Of a DNA stretch of 64,000 bases, positions 46,321 through 58,000 are shown piece after piece. The notes beneath the pieces were generated by a model. That model saw only the letters and a program-made list of their open reading frames with translations. It made no database searches and was not told the DNA's origin. The translations under genes were made by a program, and so were the position numbers. Position 1 is the stretch's first letter. Each line of letters opens with the position of its first letter. This DNA is from Guillardia theta CCMP2712. Its lineage: Eukaryota; Protista; Cryptophyta. The stretch spans positions 76,027 through 140,026 of the forward strand of contig NW_005434571.1 of assembly GCF_000315625.1 (NCBI RefSeq), in the 5' to 3' direction.

Positions 46321-47321
46321 TCGTACTGATTTTTAACTTAACTTTGAGTAAAGAAGTCAGAATCCTGACCGGCGAGGGACGTGACTTTCCAGTGACTCCC
46401 GGAGCCATCCTTAAGTCACAATGCTCCGATGATTCAACCGAACTTGAATGCTTAGCAACTCTTCAAACTGGCCCGGGGGGCAGGCTGCCGGGCGGCCCGG
46501 CCCCGGCAGCCGACGGCGAGGCGCCTCGGGCCCGGGCCCGGAGCGCGGCGGGGCCGGCCCGGGGGCCCGCGCCGCCGGGCGGCCGGCCCGGCGGGCGGAC
46601 CGTTGGGCCTGACCGGCGGCCCGGGGGGCCGTCGGACCATGAGCCCGGTGACGATTACGGGGTGACCGTACTGGCGGCCGGCGAGTCGGCCGCGCCGCGG
46701 CGCGGCCGGGCGGGCCCGGGGCCGGGCCGGGCCGGCGGGCCCGGGGACTGCCAGTCCCACACGGTCGGCCGCTTCCAGTTCAACGGTTCCGCCGCCGCCC
46801 GGCCGGCAGTGACTGCGGCAATGCCGCAGAACATAGGATCGGACCGGGTGCCGGGCACCGTGCCACCCGGCGTGCGCCGGGCCCGGGAGCCGCTGGAGCC
46901 GCCTCCGATACTCGGACGGGAGTCAGCACAGTGAGTGACGGTACTACCGTGCCAGGTCACCGCCCGGGTACGGGCACGGTATCGGACTGGCGGCCTAACT
47001 TAACTGAGTCAGTGTCGGGCCGACTGCCAGCCTCCCTGTCGGAGCGGCAACTCCCGGCACGGACTCCCGGACTCCAGGCTCGTCCGCCGTGATCCCCCCG
47101 CCCGGCGGCTGAGTGGCCGCACTGCACTTAGTGCTGACAGTGAGCCTAGTATGAGGCCCTTCAACCGGGGCGGCCCAGCGTCGCCGTACTACCGTACGGT
47201 AACCTGTCACTGGCCAGTTCAGCCTGTGCGACAAAGTCAGGGCCAAGCCTTCTCGATCCGACGGACTTGGGGTCGTTCAACGGTTCCTGATTGTCCTCGA
47301 TCTTATTTAAAACTCAGTAGA
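46321..47321. repeat. GC-rich island bounded by the TACTGATTTTTAACTTAAC motif
   Basis: Motif at 46321-46353; degenerate inverted copy at ~47300-47320. Confidence 0.75.
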
Positions 47322-47802
47322 ACTTTGAATACCCGGTGCCACTGGGCGCCACAAGGACGGCCTTGTCCAAGGCTCAGAGGCAGTGACAATCAGCGCGGTA
47401 TTCTGAGCGTCAACGGTGTCTCCCGTTAAGGACTGTGGAAGTCCATGTCGCAGCTGATCAAAGCAAGTTACTCCGTGCACCGGGCTGAGCTTTTTGGATG
47501 AAGCAATGCCGTAATGCTGTGCAATGAGCCTGCAGGCCCAAGCCTCTTAAGTTCGTTGACTGTCCGATTGTGACATTGGAATGCAGCTTGAACTTCTTTC
47601 ACTTTCAGGTATCAGTATATTACTATATTGTCGGATCATGGTGACATAGATGCGTGAATGAACAAGCATACGATACTGATTATGATTCATATACTGACAT
47701 TCAAGTTCGGTACTGACATTGAAGTTGCGGCATGAGAGCAAAATAATATCCAAGATGAGTGACAAACACACCCCTATCGCCAAACACATCCCTAAACACC
47801 AC

Positions 47803-48552
47803 TTACAAGACTCCAGCCTCCTGCAAAATCTTTTGAAGCTCGCCTGATATGTGCCGCAGTTACATCAAGATACTTCGTTGACCGGTTTACAGATAAACGT
47901 ACCTGATGCTTTCTTCGACACCATGTCGTCGCCCCCTCCAATAAACTGATACAGCAGCTTCTCACAAAGGCAACATCATGCCGCATTCTCATACCTTCCC
48001 CTTGACAAAGACACGAGGAACAGATCTTCCTCCGCTCAAGTTGTTCAGGGCGTCCTGTACGAGAGTCACCTGCTTTGCCATATTTGACCACTCACGGCAG
48101 GGAGTACCTGGATGGCGTTGCCATCATCGCGGAGGTCAAGCTCAAGCACTTCGTACTTGGCATTAAGTGAGTCTAAAACATTCTTGGCCTTGACGAGAAA
48201 ACAACAGATTAGATACATTTCCCGCGAACTTTACATAGATCAGTGGAAAGAATACCTTAGCACAATATGGACAATAGGACTTGGAGAAGACAACGACGGC
48301 GTTGCTGCGGACAACAGCATCAGTCACCTTGACACAACGCATCAAGTCATACACGTTGATTGACAGCCACTCTGTGAATCCACCACAGCAAACAAGAAAG
48401 GAGATGCAACATAGATCGATGAACATGTCATTGACAGGACATTACATGACAACACGAGCATTTGATCGCTGAGCTCGAGCTTACTTGTCAATCGCCTGCC
48501 TTGCAATAGCATCTGCCGCCACCATCGAACTTCTGCTGGTTCTGTTCCCCAT
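47803..48552 (-). CDS. GRX: Dithiol glutaredoxin (CPYC), tandem paralog with the same exon structure
   Basis: VVVFSKSYCPYCAK, RSVPRVFVKGK, FIGGGDD. Confidence 0.9.
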
Positions 48553-48909
48553 GGTGTCACCAGTACAACTTATATTAATTTAATTTGTACAATGATAACT
48601 AAATTGTTTGTAGTTTGTACCATTTATTATTTTTCAAGGGACGAGAATTGATCAAAACAACCAAACTATTTCTACCAGCATGGAAGCATCTATAGAATAT
48701 ATATTGCTTTTTAAAAAACATGAAGGATTTTTCTACCGAATCAAAGCTCTACGTCTGAAAACTTAAAACTTAATATTGAATTTTACTATTGGATTTAAAG
48801 GAGTTTTTGAAGTACCCGGTCGTTGGTCAGGGTAATGACGGGGTCATGTTCGGTTCAGTAGCGCAGGTGAGGCGGGTTGGAATTTCGAGTTTTTGAATCT
48901 GCAGTTGCA

Positions 48910-51081
48910 ATGCGTGAGTACTGCATGGCGGTGGGGTGGGAGGACACGGGTGAAAGAGCAAGGAACAGCTTGATGATAGGCTTGAAAGATGTCCTATACA
49001 GATCCTCTCTCGGGAAACACAAGCGCTCGCGAATCCTTCATCTCCTGATTCTCCATGCAAACTATCTGTCCCTTCATGGCCGCCTGACATCGAATCCGTT
49101 TCCTTGTATCTTGCTGCTACTTGCTCCCTTCCTCTCCTCTCTGAGATCACTGCTATCAACGATATTTGCATCATGATCTCTATCCCTTTTCACGTTTCGC
49201 AATAAGTGATGGATGCGTGTCAGGGAGATCTTCAAGACTGAAGGAAACTCCGCAGCATGATGAAGCACAAGAGTATATTGACTCCTTTCTCCTGTCCATG
49301 TGTACTGATACAAGTATTAGGATGAAGATGGAGGACTCACTTGCTGGTACTGATCATCTTTCTCATGTTATGCTCTCGTCCCCTGCGGCCCTCTGACTTG
49401 AAGACGCAGAGGAGCAGGTTGCTCCCAACGGAGGCAGGTGCAAGCGATCGCGTACCACTGAAGGTGGGGAGGAATGCTCCTTTAGAGTGTATGATTCAGA
49501 TGGTATCAGGCTCCAAGGCCAAGAAAGGATGGACTAGTGCTGCTGCTCCTTCCTTTGCCGAGGACGAGCAGCAGATGAGAATCAGGGAGCTTGAGGAAGA
49601 ACTGGAGCTGGCCAAAGAGAAGTTTGAACAGGAGGAGAAGAGTTGTCAGGTAAGGCTGTAAATATTCGAGCTCTCAACCTAAGACAAACTTGTTAGAACG
49701 CCTCCTCCCTCCTGCAGGAAGCCAATGCGAGGGAGAGAGATCTTCGATTCGAAATCACTCAGCTCCAGGACCAGCTCAAGCTCTCGCAAGGGAGCGCCCC
49801 CTTAGATGCGAGGACGCAGAAGCTGGTGAACGAGAAGCGAAAGCTGGCGTTGGAGGTGCAGGCACTGAAGGAAGGGAAGGAGTCAGCCGAGCAGAGAGCT
49901 AAGGCGCTTTCTTCCATGGTCGAGCGGCTGCAGAAATCTGGTGACAAGGAGGAGCCTGCTAAGGACGCGCGAGGTAGGACCCGTACGTCCAGCAGGGAGA
50001 GAGCTTCAGACAAGGACAAGCCAGGGAAGGAGGAGCAGCAGATGATCTCGAAGCTTCAGGCTGAGATCAAGCGGCTGGAGAAGGAGGTGGCTGCCTCGGC
50101 TGCTGCTACTGAGCGAGCCAAGTCTTCCTCTTCGTCCAAGGTCCGAGAGCTGGAGCAACAGGTGGAAGAGCTTGCGGCAAGTCTGAAGAGGGCAGAGGAG
50201 GCGAAACAAGCGGAGGAGGAGAAGTTTGCTGGAGACAAGAAGGCTCTGCTGTCGGAGCTGGCTGATGCCAAAAAGAATCTGGAGCGGAGCAGCAAGAACA
50301 ACCAGAAAGAGGAGGAGATGAGAAAGATCTTGGCAGAGAAGGAGAAAGTGGTGGAGCAGCTTCAGAGTCAGGTCTCTCAGCTCGAGGGGGAGAAGCAACA
50401 GCTCTGCGACGAACTACGTCAGCTGCAGCAGGAGTGCTCGGACACGGCCACGCGCCTCAGCGACACGAAGAAGGACGAGGAGGGATCCGTCGGAAACAAG
50501 AGGAGGAGAGCGAAGTGCGGTGGTAGGTTCAGCATCGAAGAGTCGGATGCTCTGATCGAGAAGCTAGCGGGGCTGCAGGCGCAGTACCTGCAGATGACTG
50601 CGAACAAGACAGGAGGAGGAGGAGGAGGAGGAGACAAGAGAAGCTCGACTGAAATAGTTGAGATGCAGCAGAGGCTGGAGCGAGCGCAGCAGGAGCGAGA
50701 CGATCTCACGGAGCTGACGCAGCAGCAGGAGCGGCTGATCGCAGGCCTAGAGGATCAGCTGCATCAGAGCGAGAGAAGGCGGGCCCAGCTGCACAACCAG
50801 ATCCAGGAGCTGCGGGGGAACATCAGGGTCTTCTGCCGCATCCGCCCGTTCCTGCAGGAGGAGGCAACCATGGACGCCCCCTCTGACATGACCTTCGGGC
50901 GCAGCGGGGACCGGCCCTCCATCCTCATCAGCCTCCCTCCCCCGCAGGGAGGACGCAAGAAGGACTCGCAGAGCTTGTCGTTCGAGTACGATGAAGTCTT
51001 CGACCCGCAGAGCTCTCAGGCTTCCGTCTTCCGTGAGATCGAGCCGCTGATGCAGGTGCTTGTCCTCTTCTTCCTCTCTCT

Positions 51082-51117
<36 letters not shown>

Positions 51118-52773
51118 CTCGTCCTTCCCCTCCTTCCTTCGCTGCTCCCCATCCTGCTCCTCGCACACCAAAGATATGTTTCATCGTCTGACAAGCTCCG
51201 CAGAGCGTCATGGACGGCTATCGTGTCTGCATCTTTGCCTACGGCCAGGTTCATCCCCTCTCCTCTCCCCCTCCTCCCTGCTGACCTCGAGATAGACTGG
51301 CTCGGGCAAGACCCACACCATGGAAGGAAAGATCCGAGCAGGGAAGCAGGACGAGCAGAGGTGAAGCCTTGCTGGTGTCGCTTGCTACTATCTGACACTG
51401 GCACGCAGAGGAGTCGTGCCTCGCTGCATGGAGCGGCTGATTGAGCTGCGTAATGAGATGCAGAAGAGAGACTGGAGTATCAACTTGCAGGTGAAGGGGG
51501 GAGGAGGAGGAGGAGGAGGAGGAGGAGGAGGATGGATGGATACTGAACTTTTACTAGTGCTCCTGCCTGGAGATCTACAACGAAGTGATCCGTGACCTGC
51601 TCTGCGACAAGGAGGATGCTTCGAAGAAACTCGGTCGCTCTCGATGTTCATTCTCCTCCTCGTGCTCACAATTGTAGCAGAGATCAAGCACGACAAGTCC
51701 ACCGGAGATGTCGTCGTCACCAACCTAACTCAGGTCCTCCTCGTTCTCCTCCACGACTACCAAAAGCTTGTTTGCTCCTTCTTCCACCTCCTTCTCTTGT
51801 AGTTTCGAACAAGGCTGACCACCACACAGCTTCCCGTGCAGTCAGAGGAAGAGATCTACCGCATCATTCAGTCTGCCTCTCGGCGCAGAGAGACAGCTTC
51901 GACTGTGAGGTGACGAGAAGAGGACGAAGAGGGGAGAGGAGGCGACTTAGCTTGTGCTGGCAGGAACGCCACGTCTTCCAGGAGCCACAGTGTGCTACAG
52001 GTTGTTGGTCAGCCATGATGTTGAGTTGCCTGACTGATGCGCAGCTGACTGTTGAATGCAAGCACATGCGGACGGGAGAGGTGCTCACTTCACCTCCTCC
52101 TCTTCCGCTCCTCCCCATCCTCCTCCTTTCTCTTCTCCCTCCTTCCTTTTCCTCTCTCGTTCTTTCTGCGCTTCCTCATGGCGTTTGTGCAGTCCAAGAA
52201 GGGGATTCTCAACATGGTGGACCTTGCGGGCAGCGAAAGGATCAGCATAGATCATGACAGCAAGACTACCAAGGAAGCGCAGGCGAGTTTCGACTTTCTC
52301 AATTGTTCGATCTCCTCCTCCCTTGCTCGACCTCCTCCTCCCTTCGTCCTCCTCTTCCGCTTCCTTTTTTATCTCCATGCTGTCCTCGTGCTCACACCTG
52401 AGAGCAGAACATCAACAAGAGCTTGAGCTCGCTGCTCGGAGTGATTCAGGCGCTTGCAAGCAAGCAAGCTCACGTCCCCTTCCGCAACTCGAAGTTGACT
52501 CACCTCCTTTCGTCCTCCCTCGCGGGAGACGGCAAGGTACGCTCCTCTCCTCTCTTCGCTCTTCTCCTCACCTCGCTCCTCTCCTCTCTTCGCTCCTCTC
52601 CTCTCCTCGCTCCCTCTCCCTCCTTTTCTCCTCGTGAAGCTCCGCAGGCCCTCATGTTCGCCAATCTGTCGCCTCGCCTACAGCACGTGCATGAAAGCAT
52701 CAACACCCTTCGCTTCGCCGCGCAAGTCAACGTCTGCCAGCTCGGACATGGCAAGCTCAAGGCTGGGGAGTAG
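48910..52773 (+). CDS. Kinesin-14 (C-terminal motor) with long coiled coil; start uncertain
   Basis: Neck [20 protein letters not shown]; AYGQ|TGSGKT; SSRSH; MVDLAGSER; [10 protein letters not shown]; TLRFA. Confidence 0.92.
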
Positions 52774-52853
52774 AAGGAACAAGCTTTCAAAGAACAGAAG
52801 GATGAGGAGGAAGAGGATTTTAACTGACTGCTTGAAGAAACTAACTAATTCGA

Positions 52854-54428
52854 CTACTCAACTGAGTTGTTGTCAAGCACGATCTTGTTCTTGCTGTCCT
52901 CCGACACAAACAGACTCCCTCGCGAGTTCCCTCGCAAATCGTTGTGCTCGAACGTCCCCCATCCTCCGTCCTTCACTAGAATCCCGAACTCTCCGTTCTG
53001 AGTGATGCGATTCTGCTTGCACAGAGGCTTGCCGGCCTGCCAGCATGTGATGCCGGAGAGAGAGTTCTGAAAGATGTCGTTCTTCTCGATCTCACACCGC
53101 GAATGATGGTGCACGTCTACCCCTCCGCTGTGCTCGTGCCCGAAGATCTTGTTGCGGACGATCCTTGGGTTGCTGCTCTCCCGCACGTCGATGCCGGACA
53201 GTCCGTTGCTGTTGATGTCGTTGTCAGTGATGACGCCCCTTCCGTTGTCGAACACGGCGACGCCATGCTTGCCGTTGCTGCGGATGCGGTTGAAGCGGAT
53301 CTCAGGGCGGGACCCTTCGGAGATCTCGATGCCTGACTGTCCGTTGTGATGTATTTCTGTGTCCTCCACCACCCCCTCGCTCCCGTCGTAGAAGTGAACA
53401 CCGGTCCCCGCGCACTGATAGATCTCACACCTTCGGATCTTGGGCTTCGTATCCTTGTGGTGAACTGAGATGCACGTCAGGCTCGCGCTTGACAACTTGC
53501 AGCCTTCCACCACCAGCTTGCCCGCCATGATGTCGATACAGTTCCAGAAGCCGCTTCCTCGCTGCCTGATAGTGATGTTGGTGATGGACCCGAACTCAGT
53601 CTCTGCGATGATAGCGTCTCTCCCGTTAGTCTCGATGACGATGTCGTCGACATGCCCCTCCCCAACTATCATGACCGGCCTCGACACTCGAAGCGTCTCC
53701 TTGTACTTTCCTGCTCGCACAACGATCTTGTCTCCGGACTTGGCAGCTTCCAAGGCATCGGCGATGCGCTGATAACGATCTGACTTTGACACGTACAGCG
53801 TAGAGGTGATGTCGGAGAGGACTGGCGGTATGCTGACTTGTCGATCTTCATCCTTGGTGAAGGAGGAGAGGCGGACGGCAGAGTTGAGCTCATGAATCTC
53901 CTGCTTCACATCCCGCATGTCAAATATCAGCTGATCTACATTCCTCCTCATCTCTTCCATCCGGTTGTGCGCCAGGTCAGCTTGTTTACTTGCTCTGCTG
54001 CACTCCATGGAGTTCTGCTTGATCTTGCCCTGGAACAGCTCGAGCAGCTGCTGGATCCTCGAGTCATAAGCATCCATCATCTCCTGACGCTCTGCTCGCT
54101 CCTTGTCCAGCAGCTTGTGAAGGTCATTCAGTTCCATCTCTCTCACATGCAGCGCCTTCTCCAACCTCGCCATACGCTCGTCTCGCTCGGTCGCCGCGTT
54201 GTTGAGCAGGTCGACATGGTGCTGCAGGTTTTCCTCCCTGTGCCTGAACTCGTCTCTCCTCGTGATCCTCGCTGCACACCCGGACTTGGCGAAAGAGCAG
54301 GAGAGGACCTCCAGCGGGCACTCGTGCTGCGCCTCCTCTCCCTTGAAGACCACGGCTCCGCATCCTCTCACGCACATGGCCACGTCCTCGATCCCCGGCT
54401 TGCCTCGTCCTTCGCTTACGGTATTCAT
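52854..54428 (-). CDS. TRAF-type Zn finger + coiled coil + right-handed beta-helix (PbH1/CASH, FBXO11-like); extra 5' exons possible
   Basis: C..GC..H.CPLEVLSCSF..GC..H motif, followed by repeated N.I..N..GI units. Confidence 0.8.
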   Translation of the reverse strand: MNTVSEGRGKPGIEDVAMCVRGCGAVVFKGEEAQHECPLEVLSCSFAKSGCAARITRRDEFRHREENLQHHVDLLNNAATERDERMARLEKALHVREMELNDLHKLLDKERAERQEMMDAYDSRIQQLLELFQGKIKQNSMECSRASKQADLAHNRMEEMRRNVDQLIFDMRDVKQEIHELNSAVRLSSFTKDEDRQVSIPPVLSDITSTLYVSKSDRYQRIADALEAAKSGDKIVVRAGKYKETLRVSRPVMIVGEGHVDDIVIETNGRDAIIAETEFGSITNITIRQRGSGFWNCIDIMAGKLVVEGCKLSSASLTCISVHHKDTKPKIRRCEIYQCAGTGVHFYDGSEGVVEDTEIHHNGQSGIEISEGSRPEIRFNRIRSNGKHGVAVFDNGRGVITDNDINSNGLSGIDVRESSNPRIVRNKIFGHEHSGGVDVHHHSRCEIEKNDIFQNSLSGITCWQAGKPLCKQNRITQNGEFGILVKDGGWGTFEHNDLRGNSRGSLFVSEDSKNKIVLDNNSVE

Positions 54429-55017
54429 CCTGACCAGAGCTAGCAGCGATGTGCTGCGACCTCAGTCCCTTGTTTCTTGATCGTCTTCCTCTCAACCTGC
54501 CTCCCTCCACCCTCTCCTTGAACTCCTTTGTATCGACTCAGGGAGGTGATTTACAGGGGAACAGCTACAGTGACGTTCTTGTCAGACTGATGGTTTCTGT
54601 TTGCTCCTCTTCTCCTCTTCTCCTCGTCTCTTCTTCCCTCTTCTCCTCGTCTCTTCTCCTCCTCTTCTCCTCGTCTCTTCTCCTCCCTCATCTCCATCAA
54701 CCCCCTGGCGCTACCGAGCCTGCAGTCTCTCATGTCGGTCCGCTCGGATACTGAGGCGGAGAATTCCTATTTTTGGCCTGAAGAAAGAAGCAACTAACAT
54801 ATGGGAGGATTACATCATCATGATGTTGGTAATGATATTACAAGGAGATTTCTTCTGTCATTTCATGAGCGAGGGTGAAAGTGTGCGCAATTAGGCAAGG
54901 CAATCGTTTCCTTTGTTTTTGACGTGTACTTTCGACTGAACTTAAAGGCAATGCAACGATGCGAGCAGTCAGATCAACTCAAAGTCCAACTGCCTTTCCT
55001 TTTGGACAAGAGCCGCT

Positions 55018-58000
55018 CTAAGAAAGACGAACTAGCTTAAGCTCGCTGTTGCTGCCCCATGGCACGAACACTCTGTTGTCCTCGTCGTACACGAAGCAGA
55101 AGAACGGGTTGAGCGCGTCCCACGCGCAGGGATGATGTTTCACACAGAACCAGCTTTGAAACCGACTCGTCATCAGGTATCCCAGCCCTCCGGTCTTGAA
55201 GTCGAGGCTGCAGTTTTTCATTCTCGGCACCAGTATCTCCTCCCACGTGTAGGGGAGCTTGCAGGTCTTGTACCCGACAGGCAGGTTGTCGCCCCACAGC
55301 CAGGGGAAGGAGGAGGACCCGTTGATCGTCATCCAGGACGAGCAGACTGATAGGCGGGAGCCCAGGTAGCTCAGGTCCCCCATGCACACGTCGGGTCCTT
55401 GCTGGAAGCTCTTATCCTCGGTGTCTGAGGTGGAGCAGTTGCCGCCGGTCTCGATGCGGCAGCTGCTGTCGCAACCGTCTCTCGAGACCTGATTGCCGTC
55501 GTCGCACTCCTCCATCTCATCCACGGTCGCGAGGTAGGCGCGAGCATAGAAGACCTTGCAGCTGGGAGAGTAGGTCTGCGAGCAGTACCGGCAGGAGGCG
55601 TACAAGGTGGAAATGGAGATGTTGTAGCTGGGGCCTGACAAGGACGAGGGAATCTTGTACTTGACGACGGGCTGGTACGAACCGCAGGATGCGTAGCTGC
55701 TGGCAGAAGGACGCGAGAGGGGGAGGCTGACGCCGTTGAGGGTAACGTTGAGAATCTGAGTGGAAGAATAGAAGGATACCATGTCCATCTCAACGATGAG
55801 GAACAGTTGAGTTAGACTTGTTTTAGGAGCCCTCAGTGTTGTGCTGCAGCTTGAGATAGGAGAGTAGTAGTAGCCGTAGAACATGTTGTCGTAAATGAAC
55901 GTGGGTTCAGCATTACATTCCCTCTTGTCCTGTATCACAAACGTCCAGTCTCGCAGGCCGTTGCCACAAGTGGGTTTTGACTTGAAGCCCCAAGACAAGT
56001 TGAAGGGAAACGCAGATGTCCGGTTGTTGACGTTTGACATGAAGGAGAGCGAGATCGACTGACTTCGGAACACTTGGAACCTATCCCTGGGAACGATGCT
56101 GGAGCCCTCGGAAGAGGTCACGGTCAGCAGATCACATGGGGAGTTCTGAGACACATGGCACAGGTCCGTGATAGTGAGCTTCAGAGCTGACTTCTCTCGG
56201 AACGGCAGCAACAGTGTCGTTCCTCCCCTCCCATCGCTCAGAAGGGATAGCCCTCCAGAGTTTGTCAGGCGCCCGATGGACGTGCGAATACTATTGTCAT
56301 CGAAGAAAGTTACTTCCCAGATGATGTTGGGGTCCCCCGTCACTCCAGATGTGCTGGCAGTCCCTTCGAAACGGATGACAAGTCCAGCTCTGCCGCCCTC
56401 GTTGACCCTTTTGCTGAGGAGCAGCTGGACTGAGTTGTCTGATCCTCCGATGAAGAGGGTGGGAACAGGAGGCCAGCTGGGGCTGAGGCCGCTGTAGTAA
56501 GAGAACCCTTGGAAGAAGGTCAGGTAGGAGTTGGAGGAGACGTATGTCCTTGCCCTCACGTTGACACCTTGAAAGCAGAAGTCAAACCCAAAGTCGGGGA
56601 GCAGCCAGGAGGAGTCGTCCATGCTCTGGGAATACCCGATAGAGCTGGGGTGGAGCAGGTTCCAGCCCCCTGACGAGATGTTGCGGAGTTCACTCTGAGT
56701 GGCCGACCCGTAGAGCTGAAAGTTGACAGGCTCGAACAAGGTTGGGGAGAAGGGACAATCAGCTTGCTGCATGCCGGTAGGGGCTATTGCAAGCTCAGTC
56801 TCCATGAAGGTTTGAGTTGTGGAGCTGTCGATGCTGAATGTAGCGCAATTTGCTCCTGCTGCAACCTCCTCGTCAAACTTGCGAGCGAACAGATCGTAAG
56901 GTGACAAATCGAAATGACAGCACGAGCTGAGAAGACACTCCTTCTTGCACGATGACGAACAGCCGTCGCCATTGTCTGTGTTGCCATCGTCGCAAAACTC
57001 TCGTCCTTCTTGTATGCCGTCACCGCAAACGTCGTAGGTGATGGGCCCGTAATGCAGCAGGAACTGTGAGCGCGAGACTATCTTCATCCTGGGTTGGCTG
57101 CTCCTGATGCCGCGACTGAAGGATTCGGATCCAACCATCCACAAGTTGCTGGAGGTAGAGGACATCCAGCCTGCGTAGTTCCACGAGCTACACGCGGCAT
57201 CTGAGCACATGTAGAAATCAACGTTCAAGTTAGCGTTTTCTGTTGTCTTCGGGAAGGAGATTTGAAGGTTCGTCAGCGACGCCGGTTCAATGTCCCATAC
57301 ACAAGAGCTTGAGCTCCCAGTGTTTGGATACATCTGACTGCTCACGGTGCCCCTCGGCTCAGTGAACCTAACGCACCCACAACTGCACTTGGAACATCTC
57401 GAGATCTTACCCGGCCAGAGCTCTTGCTCGCACGCGAACGAGTCTTCGATGGTGCAGCTCGACGAGCATCCGTCGCTACTCCTCGTGTTGCCGTCATCGC
57501 ATTCTTCGGAGTCACTCACCACTCCATCGCCGCATGTCAAAGTCGTCTCGCACCCAAACCCTGTGTATCCTTGGCTGCACGTGCACAGCCCCTGCAGGCA
57601 AGTTCCCCGACCGGAGCACCCGGCTGGGCACGTCAAGGTGCCACTGCACTGAGTGCTCTGCTCAAAGTCTCCGGTCACTACGAGCGCGAAGCTTTGAGGA
57701 CCCTGAGGCACATCGGAACCAACGACAATGACGCGGTAGAGTCCTCCTGCTGCCGCTGGGATCGTTATCTGCTCCACGTTGTTGACACGATCTGGGCTCT
57801 GTCCGGTGCGATTGTTGCCGTACCACAAGTTTCCAGCCTGATCGACCACGAGCAGGTCAAGATTGTTGATGAGGAGAGAAGTTGAGTACATGGAAGCTGG
57901 AGGATCCGTCCAGACCAGAGTCACGCGGAAGGAGGAAGAAGCTACGACATTGAAGCAAAGAGACTGAGAGGCTCCTTGAGTGATCTGCTGGCGATCTAGC

